Shown in pieces: positions 48,779 to 57,817 of a stretch of 64,000 nucleotides of DNA. The translations under genes and the position numbers were made by a program. Every line of letters starts with the position of its first letter. Positions within the stretch are counted from its first letter, which is position 1. The notes under the pieces are model-generated. The model did not search any database and had not been told where the DNA came from. It saw only the letters and a list, made by a program, of their open reading frames with translations. The stretch lies in the IMG/VR virus record IMGVR_UViG_3300028887_000098; one strand, given 5' to 3'. The DNA is from a virus. Its lineage: Duplodnaviria; Heunggongvirae; Uroviricota; Caudoviricetes.

Positions 48779-49564
48779 TTAAATTACGCTTTGATATTGT
48801 TCAGCAAATGTTCTAAAGATTTCAATATACATTTTAATTATATTTACTGTTTCCTTAGCGCTGAACTGATTATTTTTGAATCCATCCGCGTCAATAAAAT
48901 CTATCTTTAATTTGACTGTAGCATATACAGAACGCTGATTTACTGAATACCCTAGTATATCTATTCTGGAACCATTATCGACGTTCTGGCGCACGTATGG
49001 AGCAAAATATTTATTTAATTGCTTGATATAGCTTTTGACATCTGTGTTTATCTCATTACGCATTTCGAAGATTTTAATCTTTAAAATTGCAAATGCTTCG
49101 GTCTTTGTAACTTCGACACCTTTTAAAGCACAGTTTTCAATATCATGTACCAATAATAGCAATTTATTTCTTAATAATATATTATCGGCTTTTGTTTTGT
49201 CAATTTTAATCGTATTTTTCTTAAGCTGTTCAAGACAATAATTGGTTGGGACCATGGTATTATAGCCTTCGTTATAGAAATTGACAACTGATTCCATTAA
49301 CTCTCTAGGCATTTTTATTATATTATAACCGAAAGTTCTAATATTTTTAACAATTCTATCATAATATTTAGAAAATCCGTCATTTTGTGCACTTTCTTTG
49401 AGATATATAGATGAACGAATAAAATCAACAGGATTTACATCGTTAATATAGGCTTCGAACATTTTTTCCATATCTAGCTTAATATCTTTGTTAAGATGTT
49501 TAGCTTTTCTTTCTATAATTTTTTCGACTTCACTTTTATAATCTAAAAATTCCATAAGTTTCAT
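48779..49564 (-). CDS. hypothetical protein
   Basis: 261-aa ORF coupled to the gene downstream. Confidence 0.3.
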   Translation of the reverse strand: MKLMEFLDYKSEVEKIIERKAKHLNKDIKLDMEKMFEAYINDVNPVDFIRSSIYLKESAQNDGFSKYYDRIVKNIRTFGYNIIKMPRELMESVVNFYNEGYNTMVPTNYCLEQLKKNTIKIDKTKADNILLRNKLLLLVHDIENCALKGVEVTKTEAFAILKIKIFEMRNEINTDVKSYIKQLNKYFAPYVRQNVDNGSRIDILGYSVNQRSVYATVKLKIDFIDADGFKNNQFSAKETVNIIKMYIEIFRTFAEQYQSVI

Positions 49565-49666
49565 GTCCCAATAGTAGTCTTTTATTATTTATAGTTTAGG
49601 GGTTTACATTTATTTTAAAAAATGTTATATTTAAGTCAAACAATTAACAAAAAGGAAAAAACATCT

Positions 49667-50440
49667 ATGAAAAAAATCTATTCAATCTTTATTATGTTGG
49701 CGTTTGCACTCTTTACGGGTTGCACGACAGTTGACGAAACCGAAAGAGCAGTCGTTCTGGAGTTCGGTAAGTATAGCGAAACCTTCGGACCAGGCTTGCA
49801 TTTCTATAACGTTTTCATGAAGAGCACCGTGACGATCCCGGTTAAGACTCAGCTTGAAGCAAGCACATTTGAAGCGGGTTCTAAGGACCTTCAGCAAGTC
49901 AAGGTTTCGACGAACGTTAACTATCACGTAGATCCAGAAGCGGTTGGTAAGGTATATTCAAAGTTCGGTGTAAATTATGTCCAGACTATTTTGCAACCGA
50001 AGATTAAGGAAACTCTTACTTCTATTACACCACAATATGTACCAGAGGAAATGTTACAGAAGAGAGAAGAGATTAATGTCAGAATGGAAAAGGCATTGAA
50101 GGCAAAGCTTGATTCTGCAGATGCACATATTATTATCGATGGTTTTACTGTAACTGGTTTCCAATTTACTTCAGCATTTAATACGGCTATTGAAGAAAAG
50201 CAGGTTGCAGAACAGAAGGCATTGAAGGAAAAGAATGTTCTTAAGCAGATTGAATATCAGAATGAACAGAAGGTCGCAAAGGCAAGAGCTGATTCTACAG
50301 AAATGGCTATTAAGATGGCAACATTGAAGTCCCAGTCTGGTAAGGAGTATTTGCAGCTTAAGTGGATTGAAAAGTGGAATGGTGAGCTTCCGAAATTTGT
50401 TTCAGATGGTAAGTCCATTCCAATGGTAAACATGCAATAA
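49667..50440 (+). CDS. SPFH/band-7 (prohibitin-like) lipoprotein
   Basis: MKKIYSIFIMLAFALFTGC carries a lipobox. The mature protein has a band-7/SPFH-like core followed by a coiled-coil tail. The ATG at 49667 has an AAAGGA SD; the tracked start at 49622 lacks one. Confidence 0.6.
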   Translation: MKKIYSIFIMLAFALFTGCTTVDETERAVVLEFGKYSETFGPGLHFYNVFMKSTVTIPVKTQLEASTFEAGSKDLQQVKVSTNVNYHVDPEAVGKVYSKFGVNYVQTILQPKIKETLTSITPQYVPEEMLQKREEINVRMEKALKAKLDSADAHIIIDGFTVTGFQFTSAFNTAIEEKQVAEQKALKEKNVLKQIEYQNEQKVAKARADSTEMAIKMATLKSQSGKEYLQLKWIEKWNGELPKFVSDGKSIPMVNMQ

Positions 50441-50463
50441 TTTTTCTTTAATTAATGATGTGT

Positions 50464-50495
50464 AAAAATACCGGTAGAAATACCGGTATTTTTTA
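50464..50495. terminator. bidirectional terminator
   Basis: AAAAATACCGG-tagaaa-TACCGGTATTTTTT. Confidence 0.65.
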
Positions 50496-50834
50496 TTATT
50501 CACTTTTTCTATTATCTTTTGTCTTATCTAAACGCCACTTTAAGAAATCTCTTACTTTTTGTAAATCTGGGTATCTTACTATCTGATTTTCAGTCAAATC
50601 ATTCCAAATATCCATATAACCATTATACCAGCAGATAAACCACCAATAATTCTGTGTTCCATAAGCACGATATGAAATAATATCTGGTCGACACTCATCC
50701 ATCTTTCTTACAAGTAAAAATGATTCTTTTCCAAAATCATAACCGTCTTGGAAAAAAGAACCTAAATCATATTGTGCAATATTATCTACTAGTTCTTTAT
50801 TTAAGTAATTTGATCTTGTGGTTATATTATCCAT
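50496..50834 (-). CDS. hypothetical protein
   Basis: 112-aa Trp/Tyr-rich ORF. Confidence 0.3.
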   Translation of the reverse strand: MDNITTRSNYLNKELVDNIAQYDLGSFFQDGYDFGKESFLLVRKMDECRPDIISYRAYGTQNYWWFICWYNGYMDIWNDLTENQIVRYPDLQKVRDFLKWRLDKTKDNRKSE

Positions 50835-50842
50835 ATTAATAT

Positions 50843-51667
50843 TTATAATTGCTTATATTTATCATAAAGATGTCTATATCTTTCCATGATTAAATGGCGA
50901 CCTTTAATATGGTCAAACAATCCGTCACTTCTTTCATGTGCCAGATGAGTTATTTCAATATCGTCAGTAATTTCGATTTTTAATCCTGCAAAGATTGAAT
51001 CAAGACCCATAGCGACGTCTTCATATCCCCAATTTTTAGAAAATGCAGTATCATCAAACAATTTATTTTTAATACCGTAATTTTCTTCCATAAAAAGAAT
51101 ATGTTTTGTTAATCCATATCTGGTTATACCAAAATTACAAGACCAAGTAATCATACCTGTAAGAATCAAGTCAATTTTTTCGCTTATAGACTCTGCAGAA
51201 TGCCAAGCCTTTATAGCACCAGATGTAATTCTTAAGTCATTATAATTTAAAGGTTTTCCTTGCCATAATTCATCCATATTTGCTGTCAATAAATCAGATG
51301 CCGGCATTTTTATGTTATCTACAGGAGTATGTTTTCTGGTTCCATAGATTAAATCATATTTCTTAAATAATTTTCTATATTTCTTTATAAAATTCTTATC
51401 AGATGGCCAGGAGTCACCGTCTATAAAAATTAAAGCTTCAGAATCTGTATTTAAGAATGGAAGAATTACTGAATTTCTATTATTACATCTTCCACTATTT
51501 TCTTTATTATCAATAACTGTTACATTTTTATAAATGTCTAAATCTTTATTTCCATCCATCAATAGATAGATATGTTCAGGCTTCTCAGCCTGTTCATTTA
51601 ATACACAGATAGTCTTTGCTATCTGTTCTGTTTGATTATGACTTGTTATAGCTATACTTATTTTCAT
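50843..51667 (-). CDS. family-2-like glycosyltransferase
   Basis: N-terminus MKISIAITSHNQTEQIAKTICVLNEQ is a GT2-type start. A DxD motif follows in LIFIDGDSW. Confidence 0.55.
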   Translation of the reverse strand: MKISIAITSHNQTEQIAKTICVLNEQAEKPEHIYLLMDGNKDLDIYKNVTVIDNKENSGRCNNRNSVILPFLNTDSEALIFIDGDSWPSDKNFIKKYRKLFKKYDLIYGTRKHTPVDNIKMPASDLLTANMDELWQGKPLNYNDLRITSGAIKAWHSAESISEKIDLILTGMITWSCNFGITRYGLTKHILFMEENYGIKNKLFDDTAFSKNWGYEDVAMGLDSIFAGLKIEITDDIEITHLAHERSDGLFDHIKGRHLIMERYRHLYDKYKQL

Positions 51668-51685
51668 GTAATATATTTATTAAAC

Positions 51686-51714
51686 AAAAAATCGTTCTAT
51701 TGCTAGAACGATTT
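51686..51714 (-). terminator. rho-independent terminator downstream of the fibre gene
   Basis: Reverse complement reads AAATCGTTCTAGCAATAGAACGATTTTTT. Confidence 0.55.
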
Positions 51715-51737
51715 AATTTTTATTTTAATTTAAATTA

Positions 51738-54700
51738 TTATTGAATTGACCATGCACTTGCTGTAGCATCCCAATGTAAATTACCAGTTCCTAATGTTGC
51801 AGTAGTTAAGAAGTCAAATAACTTACCGAGCGGAGTGCCAGGATCTGCTTTATAAGTCTTTGCAGAAACTGTACCGTCAGCAGAAACAATCATTGCATTA
51901 GAACGATTTGGATTATCAAAATCATCATCTGAATGAGAACCATTACCAACAATGAATAATGCACCAGATGTAGTAGTTTGACCATCTCTGTCATCAGTTC
52001 CTGGTAATACTTCATTGAATCTACCAACAACAACTTGAGAATTAGTTGCAGAAAGACCTTCACCAATCAATACGCTATTATAACCGCTAACAATATTATG
52101 ATGACCGATTAAGGTAGAATTAGAACCGAATTCAATCTTATTGTGCATACCAATTATTGTATCATTTTCAAATACAATTTCGGAATTATTATTAAGTTCA
52201 TTGTTGTCACCAAGAATATTGCAATCTGCAAACTGATTAGATGCGCTGTTATTGTTACCAATAATCTTGTTTCTATAAAGTTGATCACTATAATCATTAG
52301 GTTCATAAACTGTTTTGTTATTATTACCAATAATTACGTTATCAGTGATAAAGTTATGAACTTTAATGTCATTATGATAACCAAGAATAAAGTTACGTGC
52401 AATAGTATTCGCATGTTTATCATCATTTGGATCAAATTCTACATCACTCATGAAACTATTATAAGAACCAATTATATTAGTATCATAGAGTCCTGGAAGC
52501 ATTCCAGAATATTGTTTATAACTTTCAACATCAGTAACCAATTCATCAACTTCAACTGGTGTAATATATGCAATATTTTCATTACCAAATATTGTAGTTT
52601 TATGACCACCAACAATATTATTTGTTTTACCGAATGAAATTGTTTCAATAGAAGCAGAAATTTCATTATCATCGCCTAAATTAATAATATTATTAGAATT
52701 AGAAATATTTGTATATTCATAATTCATATCGTTAGTAGTACCAGTTAAATTACATTCAGTTGCAAATGAAATAACTCTATTAGAATTTAATATAGAACCA
52801 CCAAATACAAAAGAATTACCAAATGCATATTTATATGGATTTATATGTTCAATATATTCATAATGTTCTTCAGGATATGTAATATGTTTTTCTTCTATGT
52901 AATAATGAGGTAATGTATATACTTTAAATTTATCAGAATCACAAATATATTTTGTATAAAATAAATTATTAGTTGAAACATACGTATTATTATCATAATT
53001 AGTTTTATCATTAACAGGTAAATTAATATCAAAAATACTTTGATAAATATTATTTTCAATAACAACACCATAATAAGATGATGGTATGTTTATATTTAAA
53101 ATATTAGTTGCAGGATCTATTGGAATACTTCTATCATATTTAAAATCATTATGGCTAAATGTCCATGCATTGATATTAAATGTTTTACCAGTTCCACGAT
53201 AATCAATATTATTATTTGTTATATATTGAGATTTTCCACTTATATTTAATGTATTTTCATTATTTTTATAACCAAGTCTAATTTTATTAAAATTAAACAT
53301 AGTATAATTATTCGTTTCAAGATTGATTGTACTACCAGTAATATCATTATAAGTAAAGAATGTTTGACCACTATGGGAAACATTAATATCTGTATAAGTA
53401 GCTTTATTTTCAGTAAAGCAATTTGTAGAAGTACTATATGGCGAAAATTTAATATTAGAATTTTTTAAAATATTATCGGTAACAAAGGTATCAGGAGAAG
53501 ACCAAGAATATGCACCTGGCATAATTAAGGCACTTAATGTAGACCAATATAAAATATTTCTTGAAGTTCTTTCAAATGCTACTCTATTAGTAGTAGGATT
53601 GTTATCTTTTTCATGAATAAAGATTTTAGATTTAGAACCATAAATTAAATTTTCCATACCCATAATACTAGAATTATAACCATTTAATATAGTATTACGA
53701 GTTCCAGCAGCAGAACACCAGTCACCAAATATTAAATTACTACCACCATCAGCAACATTATAAGAACCAATAGTAGTATCAAAATTACGATAAGCTTTAT
53801 TTCCAATACCTATTGCAATAGGATAATTTGGTGTTTTATAACCAGTAGTATCATAATTTGCTATTTCACCAAATCCACCACTTAATGCAGCACTGTTGGC
53901 AACACCAATAATAACCGGACTATATGTTTGAGAAATATTATTATCACCTGCTATAAAACCATGTGGTTCATAAGCTTTTGAAGAAACACTTATTGCTGCA
54001 GCAGCACCAGTTAAAATTGGATTTCCATCACTATCACGTTCTGCAGAAAGAATATAATAATTTTCAAGTGTAGAAGCAACTGCACTATTATTGATACCGA
54101 ATGCAAAATTTGCTTTTACTGTATTACCATCACCAAATGCAAAAGCACAATTTGATGCATAGTTATTTTTACCAATAATTGCACCGCAGTATTGAGCAGA
54201 ACCACCACCTAAAACAATACCACAACCATGTGCTACTGAATATCTATCTTTATTTGTTTCACCTGCATTTATTATTATACCACATGTAGTAGCTGATGCT
54301 TTATTATTATTAGTAGCATTAATAACAACAGCACCATAATCAGCAGAAGCTATATCACCAATTACTATACCATCATGAGATGCATAGTCGCCACCAAAGT
54401 TATAGTTTAAAGACATTGCTAATGCACCATTATATGCTGTTGCATAATCACCTATTACTATACCACCATTAGCATATGAATAGCCACCAAAATCAGCATG
54501 TTTAAGTATTAAAGCGCCTGCTGTTGCTTTGGCATTACCACCAATAACCGTAGAACCACCATTTGCAGATAAATTTCTACCAACAAGAACAGAACCACCA
54601 TCAGCACTCGTAGATTCACCTATTACAAAACTACCACCCTTAGCGATATTACTGTTTTTACTAATTAAAATACTACCATCAGAAGCAGTTGCTGAAGTAT

Positions 54701-55289
54701 TACCAGTAGCTATAGATAAAAGTAATGAACCCTTATCTGCTATTTTTTTACTAGCACTTTCTGATGCTGGTGTACTTATTATTAAAGAACCTTCATTAGC
54801 ACTTGCATTATAACCAATAACAGTAGAACATTTATTAGCAGAAACATCTCTACCAATAACTTTAGAACCTTGTAATGCAGTTACCTGATTACCAATGACA
54901 AAACCATCATTTACGTAGTTATCCATACCAAAGACATAACTACCGCCTCTACTATATGTTGCTGTATTAGTAGTAGCGACAACTCTGTTATTTTCACCAA
55001 CAACATAAGCATGACCACTACCTAATATTTCATTATTAGGACCAAGATATATTGCAGAAGCAATAGCAGGATATTCAGCTGTCGAATTATGATTTTCTGA
55101 CCATTGTTTCCAGCTATCACTATTACCTAAATCATTAAGTAAGCTTAAAATGAAATCATCTCTCTCTTTTAATGGTCCAATAGTATTTTTTTGTAACCAA
55201 ACACCATCGGCAACAGTATTTCTGCTCCATTGTGCAACTTTGAATTGTGCACTTGAATTAAAATCTTCTACACTAGGTATATTTGCCAT
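51738..55289 (-). CDS. tail fibre / receptor-binding protein with YadA-head-like repeat array
   Basis: Residues about 120-420 are around 14-residue repeats of the form xGxxSxAxGxxShVIGxxxxAxxxxSxh (for example GSKVIGRDVSANKCSTVIGYNASANEGSLII). Further NxxGxxN-type repeats follow. Confidence 0.6.
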   Translation of the reverse strand: MANIPSVEDFNSSAQFKVAQWSRNTVADGVWLQKNTIGPLKERDDFILSLLNDLGNSDSWKQWSENHNSTAEYPAIASAIYLGPNNEILGSGHAYVVGENNRVVATTNTATYSRGGSYVFGMDNYVNDGFVIGNQVTALQGSKVIGRDVSANKCSTVIGYNASANEGSLIISTPASESASKKIADKGSLLLSIATGNTSATASDGSILISKNSNIAKGGSFVIGESTSADGGSVLVGRNLSANGGSTVIGGNAKATAGALILKHADFGGYSYANGGIVIGDYATAYNGALAMSLNYNFGGDYASHDGIVIGDIASADYGAVVINATNNNKASATTCGIIINAGETNKDRYSVAHGCGIVLGGGSAQYCGAIIGKNNYASNCAFAFGDGNTVKANFAFGINNSAVASTLENYYILSAERDSDGNPILTGAAAAISVSSKAYEPHGFIAGDNNISQTYSPVIIGVANSAALSGGFGEIANYDTTGYKTPNYPIAIGIGNKAYRNFDTTIGSYNVADGGSNLIFGDWCSAAGTRNTILNGYNSSIMGMENLIYGSKSKIFIHEKDNNPTTNRVAFERTSRNILYWSTLSALIMPGAYSWSSPDTFVTDNILKNSNIKFSPYSTSTNCFTENKATYTDINVSHSGQTFFTYNDITGSTINLETNNYTMFNFNKIRLGYKNNENTLNISGKSQYITNNNIDYRGTGKTFNINAWTFSHNDFKYDRSIPIDPATNILNINIPSSYYGVVIENNIYQSIFDINLPVNDKTNYDNNTYVSTNNLFYTKYICDSDKFKVYTLPHYYIEEKHITYPEEHYEYIEHINPYKYAFGNSFVFGGSILNSNRVISFATECNLTGTTNDMNYEYTNISNSNNIINLGDDNEISASIETISFGKTNNIVGGHKTTIFGNENIAYITPVEVDELVTDVESYKQYSGMLPGLYDTNIIGSYNSFMSDVEFDPNDDKHANTIARNFILGYHNDIKVHNFITDNVIIGNNNKTVYEPNDYSDQLYRNKIIGNNNSASNQFADCNILGDNNELNNNSEIVFENDTIIGMHNKIEFGSNSTLIGHHNIVSGYNSVLIGEGLSATNSQVVVGRFNEVLPGTDDRDGQTTTSGALFIVGNGSHSDDDFDNPNRSNAMIVSADGTVSAKTYKADPGTPLGKLFDFLTTATLGTGNLHWDATASAWSIQ

Positions 55290-55731
55290 ATTAAATCCTC
55301 TTTTATCTTATTTATAATATTCTATGACAATTAAAAATCTATTTTAAGAAATAATCAGAATTTATTTAAAAATAAGTTTACAAAATTCTATAATTGTTTT
55401 ATATTTGTTTCATAATTTTTACATAAAAGACCTATTACTGGCTCGGAGTTCAACTCAATGAATTGTCGGATAAGTTTAGGCTAGCTAGAATCAGAGGTGT
55501 GGTTCTAATTATAAAGCTAATTCACCATCGACGTATTATTATAGCATATAATACTTTAAGCCGCCATTGGTATTGAAAGATGCAGCTGGAATACAGGATG
55601 ACCGATCCATAAGCTTTCAAATAAATCCACTTAGTCGAGACAGATGTCTTTTGTCTATTTTCCTGAAATAGGCTTATTGTCTCCACAGATATTTGAACGT
55701 GTGAGTATAGATAATCATTTATAAATAATAT

Positions 55732-56202
55732 ATGAATTTTAAAGATTATATAGATAAACAATTAGATTTGTTAAATGAAGTTAAAGGTATAGATTTAATT
55801 AATAACTTTAAGAAAGTTTTTCCATATTCTAAAGAAAATAATCTTAAAATAAAGCATTTTAATATAAAAGGTGAAAATACTGATACATTAGAAGCTACAG
55901 GTACAGTATCTTCAGAATCAGACCCAGGTAAATCATATGTTTGTAGAGTAAAGTTCCATAGGGATAATACAGAATTACCATTTTCTTTACAAAATATGTG
56001 TAAAGTTACATGTAATTGTGATGCTTATAGATATAACTTAAGCCATCCAAATGCTAAAAATTCTTCACAAGCAGAACCTATACCTGGATATGCAAGTATT
56101 GCTAATAAGGTAAGAAATCCAGAGAAAAATGTAGGTGTTTGTAAACATTTATATGCATTTCTTCACTTTTTATATGAAAAAGGAATTATAAGAAATAACT
56201 AG
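55732..56202 (+). CDS. SWIM zinc-finger protein
   Basis: CKVTCNCDAYRYNLSHPN ... VGVCKHLYAF fits the SWIM CxCx(n)CxH signature. Confidence 0.5.
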   Translation: MNFKDYIDKQLDLLNEVKGIDLINNFKKVFPYSKENNLKIKHFNIKGENTDTLEATGTVSSESDPGKSYVCRVKFHRDNTELPFSLQNMCKVTCNCDAYRYNLSHPNAKNSSQAEPIPGYASIANKVRNPEKNVGVCKHLYAFLHFLYEKGIIRNN

Positions 56203-56213
56203 GAGATAATACA

Positions 56214-56528
56214 ATGTATAAAAATAAATATTTTACAGAAAATGATGAAATTGACGTTTCAGAAATGCTTAATGCAGTTCCTGCAAGAATGTCAATCGCT
56301 GAAAAGACAGATTGGCTCGAAGCTTTCGATTGTCTTGATGAAGAAACACAGGATGAATTGGTAGGTGTTCGTAACATTATGACTGAACGTCGCCATACAC
56401 CGGTTGCAGATGATGCAGTTGAAGAAGATGATTCTGAAACAATCATGTCAGCATCTGATGAAGAAGTTGAAGCTTATTTTGCACAAAAAGCTGCAGAATT
56501 TGATAGAAAGAAATCAATGAGACGTTAA
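56214..56528 (+). CDS. hypothetical acidic protein
   Basis: 104 aa, D/E-rich. Confidence 0.3.
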   Translation: MYKNKYFTENDEIDVSEMLNAVPARMSIAEKTDWLEAFDCLDEETQDELVGVRNIMTERRHTPVADDAVEEDDSETIMSASDEEVEAYFAQKAAEFDRKKSMRR

Positions 56529-56545
56529 TTAAAAGATTTAGAATA

Positions 56546-56580
56546 AAATCAACGTATTGTTTACATAACAATACGTTTTT
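56546..56580 (+). terminator. rho-independent terminator
   Basis: AAATCAACGTATTGTT-tacat-AACAATACGTTTTT, then CTATATTTAC. Confidence 0.55.
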
Positions 56581-56595
56581 CTATATTTACTCATT

Positions 56596-57468
56596 ATGAA
56601 TTATAATAACCCAAAATTACGAATACTTAATTGTACACATGCGGATATGGACGGTTGCGGTGCTTCAATCGTTTTAAAGAATTTTTATGAACAAGTTATT
56701 GTTGTTCCAGTAACTTATAATACAGAATGGAAACTTCTTGATGAAATTGCACAATATGATGGTAAATTTGATGCAATTATTTGCACAGATTTCTATCCGT
56801 CACAAACAATTAACGATTTAAGAAAAATGTCAACTACATTGGTTCTTGATCATCATGAATCAGTCGTTGATAAAAATAATGATACTGATATTATTATCAA
56901 TACATTATATTCTGGAACTAAGCTTGCTTATAAGTTCATCAGTAAATTTAAAGATATTTCATATCTTGAAAAATTAGTCGATATTATTGATGATTATGAC
57001 ATGTTCAGATTAAAACTTCCAGCAAGTGTATATTTCAATAATCTTTTCTGGGAAATGGGACATAAATGGTTTACAAGACGTTTCATTACTGGAAATACTG
57101 TAATGTACCCAGAAGAAAAGAGATATTTTATCGATGCAAAGAAAGAATTTGATAAAATGTATGAAACACTTGAAATTACAGACTTAGCTAGAAATGGTGT
57201 ATTCTTTGAAACTGACCGGTTCCATTATGAATGTATTGAAGCACTCAAGAAAGATGGTTATAAGTGGTTTGCAATCAAGAATAAAGGTAATATTTCTGTT
57301 AGATGTGATGATATTGATTTAACTGAAATTTTCAAGAAACTTGGTCGTGGAGGTGGACATGCACATGCAGGTGGAGTTCCTCTTACTAAGACAGATAATG
57401 TTGCTGAATGGGTAAGAAAAATCGAGTATTTTATCGATGATTATTATATGAATATGATTGATGACTAG
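56596..57468 (+). CDS. DHH/DHHA1-family phosphoesterase (NrnA/RecJ-core-like)
   Basis: Motif I CTHADMDGCGAS (H-x-D-x-DG), motif III LVLDHHES (DHH) and the DHHA1 signature GRGGGHAHAGG are present in canonical order in a 290-aa protein. Confidence 0.7.
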   Translation: MNYNNPKLRILNCTHADMDGCGASIVLKNFYEQVIVVPVTYNTEWKLLDEIAQYDGKFDAIICTDFYPSQTINDLRKMSTTLVLDHHESVVDKNNDTDIIINTLYSGTKLAYKFISKFKDISYLEKLVDIIDDYDMFRLKLPASVYFNNLFWEMGHKWFTRRFITGNTVMYPEEKRYFIDAKKEFDKMYETLEITDLARNGVFFETDRFHYECIEALKKDGYKWFAIKNKGNISVRCDDIDLTEIFKKLGRGGGHAHAGGVPLTKTDNVAEWVRKIEYFIDDYYMNMIDD

Positions 57469-57476
57469 GAGATAAT

Positions 57477-57728
57477 ATGATTACTATAAAAGTTAGACGA
57501 GAAAATGGTAAAGAACATACATTTAATGTTCATAAAGTCGTAGTTACTCCAGCAGGACGTCTTATTGTTACTGCACACTTTGGTATTGACGGTTATATAA
57601 AATTTAACAAATGGGCAATAGGTGTAGATGATACAATATTTTATAATGATACGTCATTTAAAATTAATAGCTTAGAAGACGTAGAAACATTTAGAAAATT
57701 GTTGATTGAATTGAAAGATAAACAGTAA
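57477..57728 (+). CDS. hypothetical protein
   Basis: 83 aa. ATGA-adjacent to the DHH gene, with SD GGAG. Confidence 0.3.
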   Translation: MITIKVRRENGKEHTFNVHKVVVTPAGRLIVTAHFGIDGYIKFNKWAIGVDDTIFYNDTSFKINSLEDVETFRKLLIELKDKQ

Positions 57729-57750
57729 TATAAAAAATTCAGATAAATGT

Positions 57751-57780
57751 AAAATTCTGGTTACAATGCCAGAATTTTTT
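57751..57780 (+). terminator. rho-independent terminator
   Basis: AAAATTCTGG-ttacaatg-CCAGAATTTTTT. Confidence 0.6.
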
Positions 57781-57817
57781 CTATATTTTGTTTATAGAAA
57801 TATAAATAGAATATTAT

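Noticed and set aside
55290-55731. tRNA or group I intron core in the ORF-free region
   Set aside because: I could not assemble a cloverleaf with a canonical T-loop, nor find P/Q/R/S-like elements by eye. Kept as an open finding rather than an annotated RNA gene.
55522-55761. 79-aa minus-strand ORF inside the ORF-free region
   Set aside because: No SD site. It lies in the only non-coding stretch and overlaps the start of the SWIM gene. The protein (MFIYIIFKIHILFINDYLY...) has the composition of random AT-rich translation.
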